This document shows positions 25,756 through 38,502 of a stretch of DNA of 64,000 bases, piece by piece. Under the pieces are notes generated by a model. The model searched no databases, was not told where the DNA came from, and saw only the letters and a list, made by a program, of their open reading frames with translations. The DNA lies in contig NC_058368.1 of NCBI RefSeq assembly GCF_018350175.1, positions 229,216,001 to 229,280,000 on the forward strand, read 5' to 3'. The position numbers and the translations under genes were made by a program. The DNA comes from Felis catus (Eukaryota). How positions within the stretch are numbered: the stretch's first letter is position 1; the number at the start of each line of letters is the position of its first letter.

Positions 25756-26280
25756 AGATTTTAGATGTAGTACTTCCTCAGGGCCAAGGAGGAGCATCAG
25801 AGCGACACCGTCTACATGGGCCAAGTGACCTTCTTGGGCGCAGTTGGTCTTGGACAGTGACACCACCTGGTGCTGACCCAGGAGCAGCTGCACCAGCTTC
25901 ATGGTTGCCTCATCTCCTAAGGGGTCCTCCCCTGCCTCCTCTCCTCTCCACCCCCAGCCCCATCCCAGGCAGCCACTTCTACCTCAGCTCACCTGGGACC
26001 ACTCTGCCTGAAGCACAACCACCCCCAGCTAGTCTGAGTTTTAGAACTGTATGTGCACAGCTGCTCCTGCCCTGTTTAGCTTCACTTCCACCTGCCAGTG
26101 TCCTGCCCCTTGCCTTGGGTTCCCCTATTTCCATTCCCTGGCTTCTTCCAGAATTTGCTGCTCAGCTGCTCCTTCCAGAGGGCCCTCAGGGCATGTGGGG
26201 GGGTAGACTGAGACCCCAAGGTCCTCCCCATAGAAGACTTCACTCCTTAGATTAAAGCAATTTCTGCTAAAAAACAAAAA
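25756..26280 (+). pseudogene. 5'-truncated processed pseudogene: CDS C-terminus, 3'UTR and poly(A); parent gene not identified
   Basis: GC-rich island. Frame 25771-25920 reads YFLRAKEEHQSDTVYMGQVTFLGAVGLGQ*HHLVLTQEQLHQLHGCLIS* with strong G/C-ending codons; internal TGA at 25858 is a plausible CGA decay; ATTAAA 26251-26256; A tail 26269-26280; degenerate TSD AAGATGTTCA/AAAACGTCCA. Confidence 0.8.
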
Positions 26281-26512
26281 CGTCCATATGAGGTAGCATT
26301 TAAATTCGTTCACTTCATTTAATATTTTTTAGTCCCTTAATCTTCTCAGAAGAGTGATAGCATTATTTTTGTTATGCAAAATAATATTAATGACATAATA
26401 ACATTTATAAAACTTACAGTGCATAGGCATGAGAAACACCTCTATAACTTAGATATTATAAGTGAATATCCAACTTTTGAGAAATTATTATAGTATTTAA
26501 AATTACTATTGT

Positions 26513-26735
26513 GGGGGCACCTGGGTGGCACAGTCGGTTAAGACTCTGACTCTTGGTTTCGACTCAGGTCTTAATCTCACAGTTTGTGAGTTTGAGCCCC
26601 ACATTGGGCTCTGTGTTGACAGTGCGGAGCCTGCTTGGGATTCTCTCTCCCTCTCTCTCTCCCCCTACCCTACTTGCATGCTCTCTCAAAAATAAACAAA
26701 CTGAAAAAAATTTTAGATTAAAAAAATTAAAATAA
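26513..26735 (+). mobile_element. Can-SINE
   Basis: GGGGGCACCTGGGTGGCACAGTCGGTTAAG head, A-rich tail. Confidence 0.93.
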
Positions 26736-26977
26736 AAGAATAAAATCACCTTCATGTTTTTCATCAAATAAGTGTCAATATCTGGAAACCAAAGGGCACT
26801 GAAAGTTTTAGATAATTCCTATTTGTCACATGCACACACACACATAATGCCCTTATAAGATGAGCACAGCTAGGTACTAGAAGTATATAGTGATTTGGGG
26901 TTGATGGTTTGAGATTTCTTTCAGAACTAACAATTATGGAGCCATCTGCTTGTAAAATTTTTCCATAGATAGTTTCT

Positions 26978-27184
26978 TTTTTAAAAAACTTATTTACTTG
27001 AGAGAGAGAGAGAGAGAGAGCACACAGGTGAGGGACAGAGAGAAGGATAGACAGAATCCCAAACAGGTTCCACATCATCGGTGCAGATCCAGATGCAGGG
27101 CTTAAACTCATGAACTGTGAGATCATGACCTGAGCCAAGATCAAGAGTTGGATGCCTAACCGACGGAGCCACCCAAGTGTCACT
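26978..27184 (-). mobile_element. Can-SINE
   Basis: 14-bp TSD CATAGATAGTTTCT at 26964 and 27185. Confidence 0.95.
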
Positions 27185-27930
27185 CATAGATAGTTTCTGA
27201 TAGATACACTTTATTAACTCAGTACTAGTCTTTGTCAAAAAATAAATTTATATGATTCATGAATACTGGCTTATAAGAATTTAAGTAGGAAATTGGGGTT
27301 TGCGAACTAGCTTCAAAAGTAACATTGGGAAGAAAAAAGTAACATTAGAGAATTTTAACATTCTACAGATGATTCTATAAACCCAGGTCTGTAGAATACT
27401 TATTTAAATTTAATAGATTGGGTTGAAGTATAAATATGTAAGCAATAATAACGGTATTATTAAATCTAATAAAAATGAAGTGGGTTAATTTGCATTTGTA
27501 GTTAGAAATAATAAAAAAGAATGGCATTTTCTTGCCTGCAAACCATACCCTCAATCATCATCACCACAATCATCTCCGAGTTAACAGGTTTATAGGAGCA
27601 CAGATTTCAGAACTCAAGAGAAGGAAGTTATTATTTTTTATATAGCATAATTTAGGTAACTAGACAATCAGGCATGACATATGTGGCAATATAAACATTC
27701 CCAATCTCTTAATAAGAGTAAAATTGAAACAACACTCATGGTATTCTATATATGTCCTGATCCACTCCCATTTGGTTTAATTTAAAATAACTTAAGAGAA
27801 ACTTAAAGGCATAATAAGGCAAGAGTTGCTGTTTCGACAACAAATCAGCTGAATCAAGAGTAAGCTATGTAGAGAAGAAAATAATATAAATAAAATTAAA
27901 TTGAAAAACAAAATGCAAATCTCTGACTCT

Positions 27931-27965
27931 GAAAATAATGAAATAATGAAATAATGAAAATAATG
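27931..27965. repeat. (GAAATAAT)~4 tandem repeat
   Basis: Visible. Confidence 0.8.
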
Positions 27966-29295
27966 TTACTGATATATATCAGCTCAGATATTAACATACA
28001 ATACTGTAATATAAGCAGTGGTCGCCATCTTAGAGAACATGGTTGGAGTAACTTATCCATGTCTCAGTAGCCCAGTGGCAGAGGCAGGAACTGAAACCAG
28101 ACAGAACAGCAGCAACGTCAATACAGCGATCTGGGTTTGGCGGCCAGTGCATACCAAGCCGTCTCTGCAGAAGAACCATCATCGATGCCTCATGTGACAA
28201 TAAACTTTAATCATCGTTAATAAATGAAAACACATGTAGTTCACTTTGTCTTCCAAATTAGAAGACTCTTTTCACATCAGGACAGACATACCTGCCCTCC
28301 TATCTTTCTTCTATTATCCAGCAATCCACATCTCAATGACTGAAAATATGCAGAAAATCTCAGCAATATTGAGGAGTATTCTTGGTTGAGAAAATTTTCT
28401 ATTGTGTTATCTAATGCATCATTGAAATACCCCAAGGTCTTTGAGATTTGCAAACAGTATCCTCATAATGAATATTCATTTGAAATAAAACTCATAAGTT
28501 GAAGCTTCATTTTACATATTAACTAAGACACAAGTGCCTATGTAGACTTCTAAGAAATTTCAACAATGTACTTTAAATTCATAATGAAACAAAGACATTA
28601 AAATACACACTAGAAAACAAAAGTGTAAATACAAATTATGTACTTAAGTATCATAAAAATATCAGCTATCTGTTAAATATTTTTATGTAAATCTTCAATT
28701 ATAAGAAACGTATTTCTAGTTGGCATTATTAAAACTGTTATTGTGTCCTGTGCATTCATCTGTGCAGTATAATAGATATATGAATAATTGAGATATTATC
28801 TACTGCCTAAAAGAATTTAAGGCATTATAGTCTCTCAAGATCATGTCAAAATAGGTTTGGAGGAGAAACTATCATTAGTATTTAAGAAGTCTCTCTTCTG
28901 TATTATGACAAAACAAAGCCAAAAAATGAAATTAGCATCGGTGTTTAGTTTCCATTTTCTGTCTGAAAAGTGACACATAGATCTTGCAGATGTAATTTAT
29001 TGTACATCAACTACTTACCTGATAATTTCTCACTTAATATTTGTAGCTGGAATGATCTGACAAACACTGAAAATTTATATGACCCTCTGTTTTAAATAAT
29101 TTAATGGTCATCTGGAAACATCTTTGTTAGATGCCCCATGTCATATGTATATTCACTCCTCATATCGAATTTATTATGGGAGTGGGATGTGGTGGTCATT
29201 GTATCAATGAAAACTAATTGGGTTTTCTCCAAAAGAACGTGTATTTATGAAAGTCCAGTATTTAACACTAAATATTGGTTTGTCTAAAATAAGTA

Positions 29296-29540
29296 GGGGT
29301 GCCTGGGTGGCTCAGTTGGTTAAGTGTCTGACTCATGATTTCAGCTCAGGTCATGATCTCATGGTTCTGAGATCTAACCCCACACTGGGTTCTGTGCCAG
29401 CAACTGACAGCATGGAGCCTGCTTGGGATTCTCTCTCTCCTTCTCTCTCTGCCCCTCCCCAACTCACACGCGAGCACATGCTTGCTCTCTCTCGAAATAA
29501 ATAATCATTTAAAAAATAAATTAATAAAATAAAACAAAAT
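29296..29540 (+). mobile_element. Can-SINE
   Basis: GGGGTGCCTGGGTGGCTCAGTTGG head, A-rich tail. Confidence 0.94.
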
Positions 29541-30245
29541 AATTCTAGTAATAGCCATGTCACATTACAGAATTTTAATTTCATTGTTTGTCAAGGAGGA
29601 AAGTTGGATTATATTAGCATATATGGCCCTAAAATACTATTGTTCCAAATAGCAGACTGTGTCCTGAGATCACAATCACATACTTTTATACTATAAGGTC
29701 TAAAAACTTGGTCTTTTTTTAGCTTGAATCAACACAAATCATCATCAACTTCCATTATAAGCATCTGTAGAGATATTTTATTATGTATTTCTGATTTGAT
29801 GGAAATGCACTTCGTGTATCTTATTTTATTGTTTTACTTTATAGCCATGATTTTCCTAATTCTTGCTTTTATCCATTTCTCCATAAAGGTAATCATTCAT
29901 ATGTCATTCATTTACAAGGACTTTTACAAATGCCCCCGTGAGTGTAAGCCCAGCCAGTTGGTTTCCCTCTTCTGGTAAGGCAAGTGCCTGATTTAAGCTT
30001 CGATAGCTGAGTCATACTCTTCAAAGAGGTTTGTCTCCAGGAAGCACACTCCCAGCTGCAGGACTTGATAAAAAGCCAGGCTGCCTCCCTAACCTGAGGC
30101 TCCTTTGTTTTAGAAATCATGGTTGATTTGGGGTCACCTGTTTTTTTTTGGTTTTTTGTTTTGTTTTCTTTTCTCTTTCTTATGCTGTAATTCCCTCTCT
30201 TATGTTTTATTTTGTGTGTGTGTTTTTTTTAAGTTGAATATAATT

Positions 30246-30406
30246 GGAGCCCCTGGGTGGCTCAGTTGGTTGAGGGTCTGACTTCGGCTCAGGTCATGAT
30301 CTCAAAGTTTGTGAGTTCCAGCCCCATATCGGGCTCTGTGCTGACAGCTCAGAGCCTGGAGCCTGCTTCACATTCTGTGTCTCCCTCTCTCTCTGCCCCT
30401 CCCCAG

Positions 30407-30451
<45 letters not shown>

Positions 30452-30490
30452 AAAAATAAATATTAAAAAATTTTTTTAATTAAAAAAAAA
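30246..30490 (+). mobile_element. Felid Can-SINE
   Basis: Head, body, (CT)n; TSD AAG(T/C)TGAATATA. Confidence 0.95.
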
Positions 30491-30856
30491 GCTGAATATA
30501 GTTGACCTGCAGCATCATGTTCCTTTCAAGCGTGCAAGTGGCGATTTGCATTCCCCACAGGTTACGGACGCTATGCCCACCTCAGGTGTACCTTTCATCT
30601 CTTGTCATACATTGTCATTACGATATCATTGGCTATATGCCCTATGCTGTATTTTTTATTCCCCTGACTTACTCATCCACCACTGGAAGCCTGTACCTCA
30701 CTCTCCCCTTCACCCATTGTGCCCATCCCCCACCTCCTCCCCTCTGGCAACCATTATTTTGTTCTCTGTACTCACAGGTCTGATTTTGCTTTTTGTTTGT
30801 TTACTCATTTGTTTTGTTTTTTAGATTCCACATATGAGTGAAATCAATGGTATTCA
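30491..30856 (-). mobile_element. Carnivore L1 3'UTR fragment
   Basis: CCCCTCTGGCAACCA..TTTTAGATTCCACATATGAGTGAAATCA. Confidence 0.85.
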
Positions 30857-30859
30857 CTC

Positions 30860-31103
30860 TAACGGTTTAAATTCGGCAATAGTGAGCCCTCAAAACTGTG
30901 GGCCCCATCCTCGACCCCAATAAGGCAGAACCCCAGGTCTGTGCCCTCTCTGTCTCCTTGTGACATTTCTGGTGTGCCATGTAATTTTCAGGACTTGTAA
31001 GTAATAAATCTTTTGTTTTCAAAGTTTGCTGATGATTATTGCTGAGGGTATCTTGCATTAATCATTAATAATAAGAACCACAAAGGCAGATCCAACCACA
31101 ACA
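30860..31103 (+). mobile_element. LTR-like 3' fragment
   Basis: AATAAA followed by a T-rich U5-like segment ending ..CACAACA; family not certain. Confidence 0.45.
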
Positions 31104-32899
31104 TGGGTTATGGATGAGCTGAGACAGGCACAGGATACCTGGTGAAAATATTTACCAACCTATTTGAATTTGTCAAGGGTCTTTTGGTTGGCAAGAACAG
31201 AAACTCAACATTAACTCAGTAAGAAGAAAATTTGTGCAAGTAATAATGTTAGCTTAAAGAATAAAAGAAGATTCATCTAGAAATTTTGTGAAGGCATACC
31301 ATAGACACTGATGTGCTGGATAGAGATTCTGGCGTACATTGGGGAATCTTCTTAGTCTGTGCTCCGTTTGTGCACGTCAGCTGCCCAGTGCATACATTCC
31401 TTTTCCCAAATTCAAAATACAATTCAGAAAAAGGCTCCTGCCTAGCATAACACAATGTCCTACAAAACTTGTACATGTTGATGTTGTTTACATGCTACAA
31501 GATACCTGACCCAATCTATATCTAGCAAAACGGTAAAAGACAAATGGCAAAATAACGACGCACGTAAAAACTACCCATGGTGAGGGCCAGGTACAGAGGC
31601 TCAAATGATGAGGATACCAATAGTGCATTATCTCTTTGGTACTAAACACAATCTTGTATTTAGTTTTGATCAAATTCAACCTAGTATCTTTGAGAGCATA
31701 GACGATATCCAAAGCACAAGGTTCATGATAAATAGTTCTCTTTTCTGGGAGATTTGCAGTGCTAGTTTTGTGCCGGAAGTCAAGCCTCTAATCTCAGAGT
31801 CAACAATATTCCATGCATATCGAGCTGCACAACTATATGGTGAGTTTAGTTCCAAATAAGCAGTCATGAATTCAGTACTCATCTCTATTTGAAAAAAAAA
31901 AAGTTTCTCATGACTGTTTTAAATCAGTTGTCTTAATCTTGGAAGTATTTAACATGGAAATTTAAATTTAAATTCCCATTAAATAATCTGGAAATTCAAA
32001 TGCTAGTCTCTAAAGAATTAATAAAACCTAACATTTTAATCCTCAGAGACTCCTAATGGAACATTATAGCCAAAATAGACAAGCAGAAAAAAGAAACTAA
32101 ACTTTCTTGGAAAACGAGATAAACAACTCTTTGTATTACCTCCTTAATGGTCACATCATCTAATTTATGTTCAATATTTAAATGAAAATTTGGGTTTTAT
32201 TTTTCTAAATCAATATACAAAATAATAAAAGTATAAAACTAAGAAGTAATAGCTTTGTTTATTTTCCAGTATTGTTATCCTTAAATATTTACATTAGCTT
32301 TTCTCTTTCTTATACAAAATACAATTGTAGAACATAAACAATATCTATGACCATAAGATCTATAGTGTGAAAGTTTTACTTGCATACAATAACTTGTTTA
32401 GGAAGTGCTCCTCTTTGCAGAGACTTGAGGTTCCATTCCAATTTGATTTGTGAAAATCAAAATCATATTTACAATGTAATCATGGTTGAAAGTTAATTTC
32501 TGAGAGGTGTTGGGATGTCACATACAAATGAAGTCAAATGGAAATGCAATACAGGGAAGTTTGAAAACAATGGAGAAAAATGAGAAACATTCGTACGTTT
32601 CTTGAATACGATATCATTGTCTACAGTGCAATGATATGTTGGACTTACAAATAAGTCCACCTGTGGAAATCTAAATAATTTAATATCAAATTTAAAAGAG
32701 TTAGAATGATCCATTATAAATCTTTACAGTGTCCACTTCCTTAATTATTAAGTACCTGTGGGTACAGAAAAAGGAGTAGAGAGAATGACAAACTGGGTGT
32801 TAGGGACCCTTAACTTAGTGTTCGTCTTCCATTAACTAGTATTGTAAGTCTAGAAAAATAACTTCTGAACTTCATGTTTAAGGTAAGTTAGAATTTAAG

Positions 32900-33620
32900 C
32901 AATAATAAGCTCAGGGAACATATGGTCTACAGAGGAAAAATACACAAATAAAAAATGGTGACATAGACTATGGAGGAAACAATTAGGTTGCTAACCCCAA
33001 AATGAAGAAAGGGCAGATGCTTTATAAAGCACATTTAAGTTAAGGTCTGGTAATAAGAAGAAGCTGCCCTGCAAAGAGAGGAGGCCCTAACTGATAAGGA
33101 CTCAGTCATGTTTAGAGAGCATAAAGGAGGCCACTGTGTCCACATTTAGCACAGGGTAGGTCAATAAAGAGGGTGAGTTCAAATTCTGATCAATATTAGT
33201 GTATGAAATAGACTGGGGAAATAGAGAATTATTTAGATTTGAGATTTTGGAGATACATAGGAAATTGTAGAAGAACTGAACCCTCATCGGACGAGTCCAA
33301 AGAGTATCTATAATTAGTGGTCAAATATAAAAGGGCAGGAGACTGAAGAGGAGAGACTTTTGAGGCAGAAGGAAAGTGTACTATCAAGGAAGCCAAGAAG
33401 CATATGTGTGAAAGGAGAGAGTTTTATCACCTCAGTCAAATGTTAGTAATGAAGGACTGAGAAAAATGATGAGGGAAATGTGTCCATCAGTTCTTGATAA
33501 GGACATTTTTGAATGATTAGGATAGAAGGCCAATTGGAATGAAATTGACAGAGAAAAGGAGGGTGACGAAATGCAAATTATTATGCAATTATTTTTGACG
33601 TTAGTCCATAAAAGATCAGA
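32900..33620 (-). mobile_element. L2 relic (patchy)
   Basis: Purine-rich antisense L2 motifs such as TGAGTTCAAATT..GTATGAAAT..GAGATTTTGGAGAT..CAAGGAAGCCAAG. Confidence 0.55.
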
Positions 33621-33924
33621 AAATGAGTCATAGAAATAATTTTAAAAGCTATTCAAGTGGAATGGAGACTATTTCTATGTTTGTTTGATTGTTTTAATTT
33701 ATTCACTTTTCTGAATGGTATTTATGATAAGCCAGACACGGTTCCAAGAGCTTTACAAATTTTATACCTCAAATCCTCACAACAGCTCCAATGGCGACGG
33801 CAGCTTTCTGAATCCAACCTTTGCTCTTTGTCATGCCTTATACATAAAAATGGTTTCTGTACTGTGTGATCCATCTTGGGATCACAGGGATCCAAGAATT
33901 AAGGAGTGTCCAAAAACAATTTCA

Positions 33925-34133
33925 GGGGCGCCTGGGTGGCGCAGTCGGTTAAGCGTCCGACTTCAGCCAGGTCACGATCTTGCGGTCCGTGGGTTCGAGC
34001 CCCGCATCAGGCTCTGGGCTGATGGCTCGGAGCCTGGAGCCTGTTTCCGATTCTGTGTCTCCCTCTCTCTCTGACCCTCCCCCGTTCATGCTCTGTCTCT
34101 CTCTGTCCCAAAAATAAATTAAAAAAAAACATT
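33925..34133 (+). mobile_element. Young felid Can-SINE
   Basis: GGGGCGCCTGGGTGGCGCAGTCGGTTAAGCGTCCGACTTCAGCCAGGTCACGATC; TSD CAAAAACAATTTCA at 33911 and 34134. Confidence 0.97.
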
Positions 34134-34339
34134 CAAAAACAATTTCAGAGACAATGGCCCAGGCATTGTGTAACCATGGAATCTTGCAGCAATAGTCCGT
34201 CTCCAGTCCTCTTGATTTCTGGAAAAATACACTGTTTTCTAACTTACTCTAAGTCTCGGATTTTGTCACCAATAGGAAAAATCCTATTAAGGTAGGATAC
34301 ATTCTGGCATTGAAATTTTTTCTTTTTTTCATCTTGTCT

Positions 34340-35050
34340 TTAGTCCCCATCACCTAATTCACTCATCTCCCCACCTACTTCTCCTCTGGTAGCCATCAGT
34401 TTGTTCTCTATAGTTGAGTCTGTTTCTTTTTTTCCCTATATTTCTCTGTTCCATTTCTAAAATTTCCACATGAGTGAAATCATATGGTATTTGTCTTTTT
34501 TGACTGATTTATTTCCCTTAGCATGATATATATTATATTATATATTATATATAACATATATATTTAGATATACACCGACATCTTCTTTAGCCATCCGTCA
34601 ATGGACATTTGGGCTCTTTCCATAATTTGGCTATTGTTGATAATGCTGCCATAAACACAGGGGTACATGTGTCCCTTTGAATCAGTATTTTTCTATTCTT
34701 TGGGCAAATACGTAGAGGTGCAATTACTGGTTCATAGGGTAGTTCTATTTTTAACTTTTTAAGGAAACTCTATATTGTTTGAAAGAGTGATGACACCAGT
34801 TTTCATTCCCACCAAAAGCGCAAGGTTCCTTTTTCTCCACATCCTCCCAACACTTGTTGTTCCTTGTGTTGTAGATTTCAGCCATTCTGACAAGTGTGAG
34901 GTAACACCTCACTGCAGTTTTGATTTGCATTTCCTGATAGTAAGTGATGATGAGATTATTTTCATGTGTCTATTGGCCATCTGTATGTCTTTGGAGAAAT
35001 GTCTATTCATGTCTTCTGCTCATTTGGAATTGGGTTATTTGTTTTGGGGC
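34340..35050 (-). mobile_element. Carnivore L1 3' fragment
   Basis: CCACATGAGTGAAATCATATGGTATTTGTC, TTCCATAATTTGGCTATTGTTGATAATGCTGC, GAGAAATGTCTATTCATGTCTTCTGC. Confidence 0.9.
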
Positions 35051-35499
35051 ATTTAAGGGATATATATTCAACCAACAGAAAGGGAGAGAATGATGATCCA
35101 AAACAGATAAAGTTACAAGAGGCTCAACCTCCTGGACAACAAGGAGTTGAAAACGTAGAAGGCAAAGTACATGAACAGTGATTTCTTCACTACAAAAGGA
35201 GGCAAAACGAAAAGAGGACAAATACAGAGTGATTTGCAGATTTGCTGATGAGAGAAATAGGTATATTATACGTTGCCTTTATTTTTTGTGTGAACTATGA
35301 TGCAGCAGCAGCAGCAACAGCATTAATGTGTGGTGTCAACAGACAGGCTATGGGCATTTTGAAAGAAGGCATCCATTCAGTCTTTTTGTGGAACAGAAAA
35401 AGAAGTCTATTAGTGCAACAGTGTTGGTGTGAGAAGTATTCCTCTCTCTGTTTCTACCACATCACTCATGATGGTTATTTTCCCTTCCCCTGCCTATTT

Positions 35500-36135
35500 T
35501 CTGTATTCTCTTTATAATCCATGAGTTATCTCTGGAAATTACATCTATACCCATAGCTGGTGATTCCTAAATTATCCTCTTTAGTTGAGAGCTGGCCTCT
35601 GAGCTCGAAAGTCACAGTTTATAGCTTCTTCAATAGTTCTTACTGGTGGTTTACAGAATAATGTCCATGTTACTCTATCTAGAGTTTGACTCTCCTTCAT
35701 TTCCATCCTTCCCTCTCTTCCCCACTCTTTCCCTCTCTCCATGTTTCATCCTTCTGTCCTCTTTTCCTTCCTTCCTTCCTTCCTTCCCTTCACCAAACAC
35801 TTTTGAGAAGAAGTTGCATTTGTCACAAGAAATACAAAATTAAAACGACTCTCTTTGACAATATCCCCACAACTCAAACCAAAATCTCACAGCTATGCTG
35901 GACAACGACAATTTTTCAAACATTTCCCAATAATTCTGTCTTCTAAATATCTGCCAAATGGGTTCCAAACCCACTTAAGTGCATTATTTATGCCTATTCC
36001 TCTGCAGGAGCCTCCTAAGCAATCTTCCTGCTTCCAGGGCCAACACACCTTCCATTTCTCTCCAGATAGCCTCAAGGATTTTCTTTCAGGTATGCAATTA
36101 TGACCATATAATTCATCTGCTTAAAATATTTGGAA
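35500..36135 (+). mobile_element. L2 relic (patchy)
   Basis: CATAGCTGGTGATTCCTAAATT..; GCAATTATGACCATATAATTCATCTGCTTAAAA. Confidence 0.5.
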
Positions 36136-38502
36136 ATTCTGCACAAGACACAATAAGTTGAAGTATATAAAGTGAATTGCCATTTTAATGTCTTTATGAC
36201 AATGATAATACTACTATTCTTTTCCTTTTGAAGGCTACATGAGAATACAAATTATTATTTTAATTTTACTAAGAGAACATAGATATAGCTTGTCTAAAAT
36301 GATTGAGAGATGGTTTGATACAGCTTTATTGGACCCAGAGAGATAATTTGATTTTCCAATTCTATTTCTGTTTTTTATTTCATTTGCCTGACATTGAAAT
36401 TATTAACGGACAGTCAGATAAAGTTATTGGGTTTTTAGAATTCAAGAGAATGTCATTAAATTTTTTTAAATGTTGAAAAATATATTAAATTCTCATGTAA
36501 TAAATAATCTGAATGAGTTGTAAAGCTAGTTATCTGCAACAGTGTGTGTACAAATTTACATCTAACCTAATCAGATGAACATATTACGTATGGAAGTAAT
36601 TTGAACTGAAAAATGAATATTTGAAATCAATCTCAATGTAGTAATGGAGCCATTAGCAATGGATATTCCTTCTGTCATCAAATGACAAAATTCCCCCCAG
36701 CAAGTTCATGTGTAATAGGAAATGATTATCCCTAAGAAATGCAGCCTACAGGGCCTTACTTCAACCTATATTCATCACATCTTGAATATCATGTGGTCCT
36801 AAATATTTGACCTGATAACTCATAACTATTTGATATGGAAAAATCTGATTACCCAAGGGGATAAATGAGTTTCCAGGTTTGTTTAAACAGGGAAATAAAT
36901 ACAGAGGTGAATAAGTAGATTAAATATATCAAACTAACAATTTTTTTGTTAAATTAGGCATAATCTGGTTATTATTTGAAGTACTTCTTACCTTTGAAAA
37001 ATTTTAGCTTATTAAAAAAAACCAGTAAGTCAGAACTATGATCTCAGTCTTAGAGAATGAAACTGATTTTAGACTTTTGAATTTAATTTGAAAGATATAA
37101 GACATTTTTAATTAATGCATAAGGAGTTTTGATTTTTAGGAAACTATTTTTACTATTTTTATATCTTTAACTTACTAGATTGACATATGTTGTTTAAGTA
37201 TGCAGAGATTTTTTTTATGAATTTATAAATGTGTTCAATCCAGAAGCAATTAATTCTTTAAAATAAAATCAAGCCTTGTAAATTAATAAATAGTTGAAAA
37301 TGCTTAAAGGAAGATCATAAATTAAGCATAAAAGTAGAACTAATTTATTTATGAGAAATGTATACATGTGAACATGAATCAAAGACTATAAAGTGATTGA
37401 CTATTTTATATAAACTTGAGTTTTAGCTTGAAATTAAAAATTAAAGGAAAAAGAGGTTCCTAAATCTATGATCTTTATAAACTATGACTCCCTTAAACAC
37501 AACTAATTTTTAGCCTATAATTTCTGCATTTTGTTATGCAATATCTCACATTCATATCTAAGAGGATAAAAATTCTGTTTTTTCAAATAGATTAAACCAC
37601 AACCTAAGTCTGACAAATTTATATTGTTGAATTTATGGACATTTTTCCACATTTCCCTATAGTAACACAGTATCTCCTGTCTGCTGATTCATGACGGAAA
37701 ATTGGTTCTTTTCTCAGTTTACTCTCACACTTGAATCCCAAGGCTATAGCTATGTTTTAAGCATGACGTAAAAATAAAAGGAGTTAGAGAACATTCTGAT
37801 GTATCCATTTTCACAATATGATTAAAACTGTAAGTGAGACTTGGTTTTCCGCCCTTGGGGTTTGTGTCTGGGATTCCTTCTCTAAGTTTTCTTACTGAGT
37901 GGACTTCGGGGATTGCTTTTTCTTTGTGTGCAATGCCTTCAGTCTGATGATATTAAAATCTTGCTCCCCTGGGTGTCCTTAGATCATAAAATAATTTTGT
38001 GAAAAAAATTGTCTTGCCACTAATTTCTGTTATTCTGAAGCCCTTTGTATAAGCTTTTACTTTCCTTATTCCAGTCTATGGTGCAAGTGGTGGTTGCACG
38101 GTAGGTAGTAGGGGGCGTTTACCTTCAGTTACCTACACATATCACATTGTCTAAAGGGTTAGTAAATTTGTCCCCAAAGAGTGACTTTTATTCAGCATAT
38201 AGAAAGAAATTTTGATCATCTATGTCATGAAAACTAATGTGCAATTAAAGAAACAATTTGAAATACCTATGAGAACCCTGAATCTCGTAAATAAGGCCAT
38301 CCTTTCATAAAACTATGTAGAAGCTGACGCTTGCCTTTAGTGGTTTATTTGCTATCCTCTTCCCTTGCAAAACATTTCATTTCTTCTAATTGCTTCCTTA
38401 CCGTCAGATCTTCCCTTTCTCTGCAACATAAAGGTCATAACCTGAAAAAGTGAGGCTCTCCCTAAGAAATAGAAACCTTATTTCATTAGAACTTCCCTTC
38501 CA

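Noticed and set aside
31680..31720. Minus-strand ALDIVYALK resembling histone H4 AMDVVYALK
   Set aside because: Flanking residues show no H4 similarity; chance match
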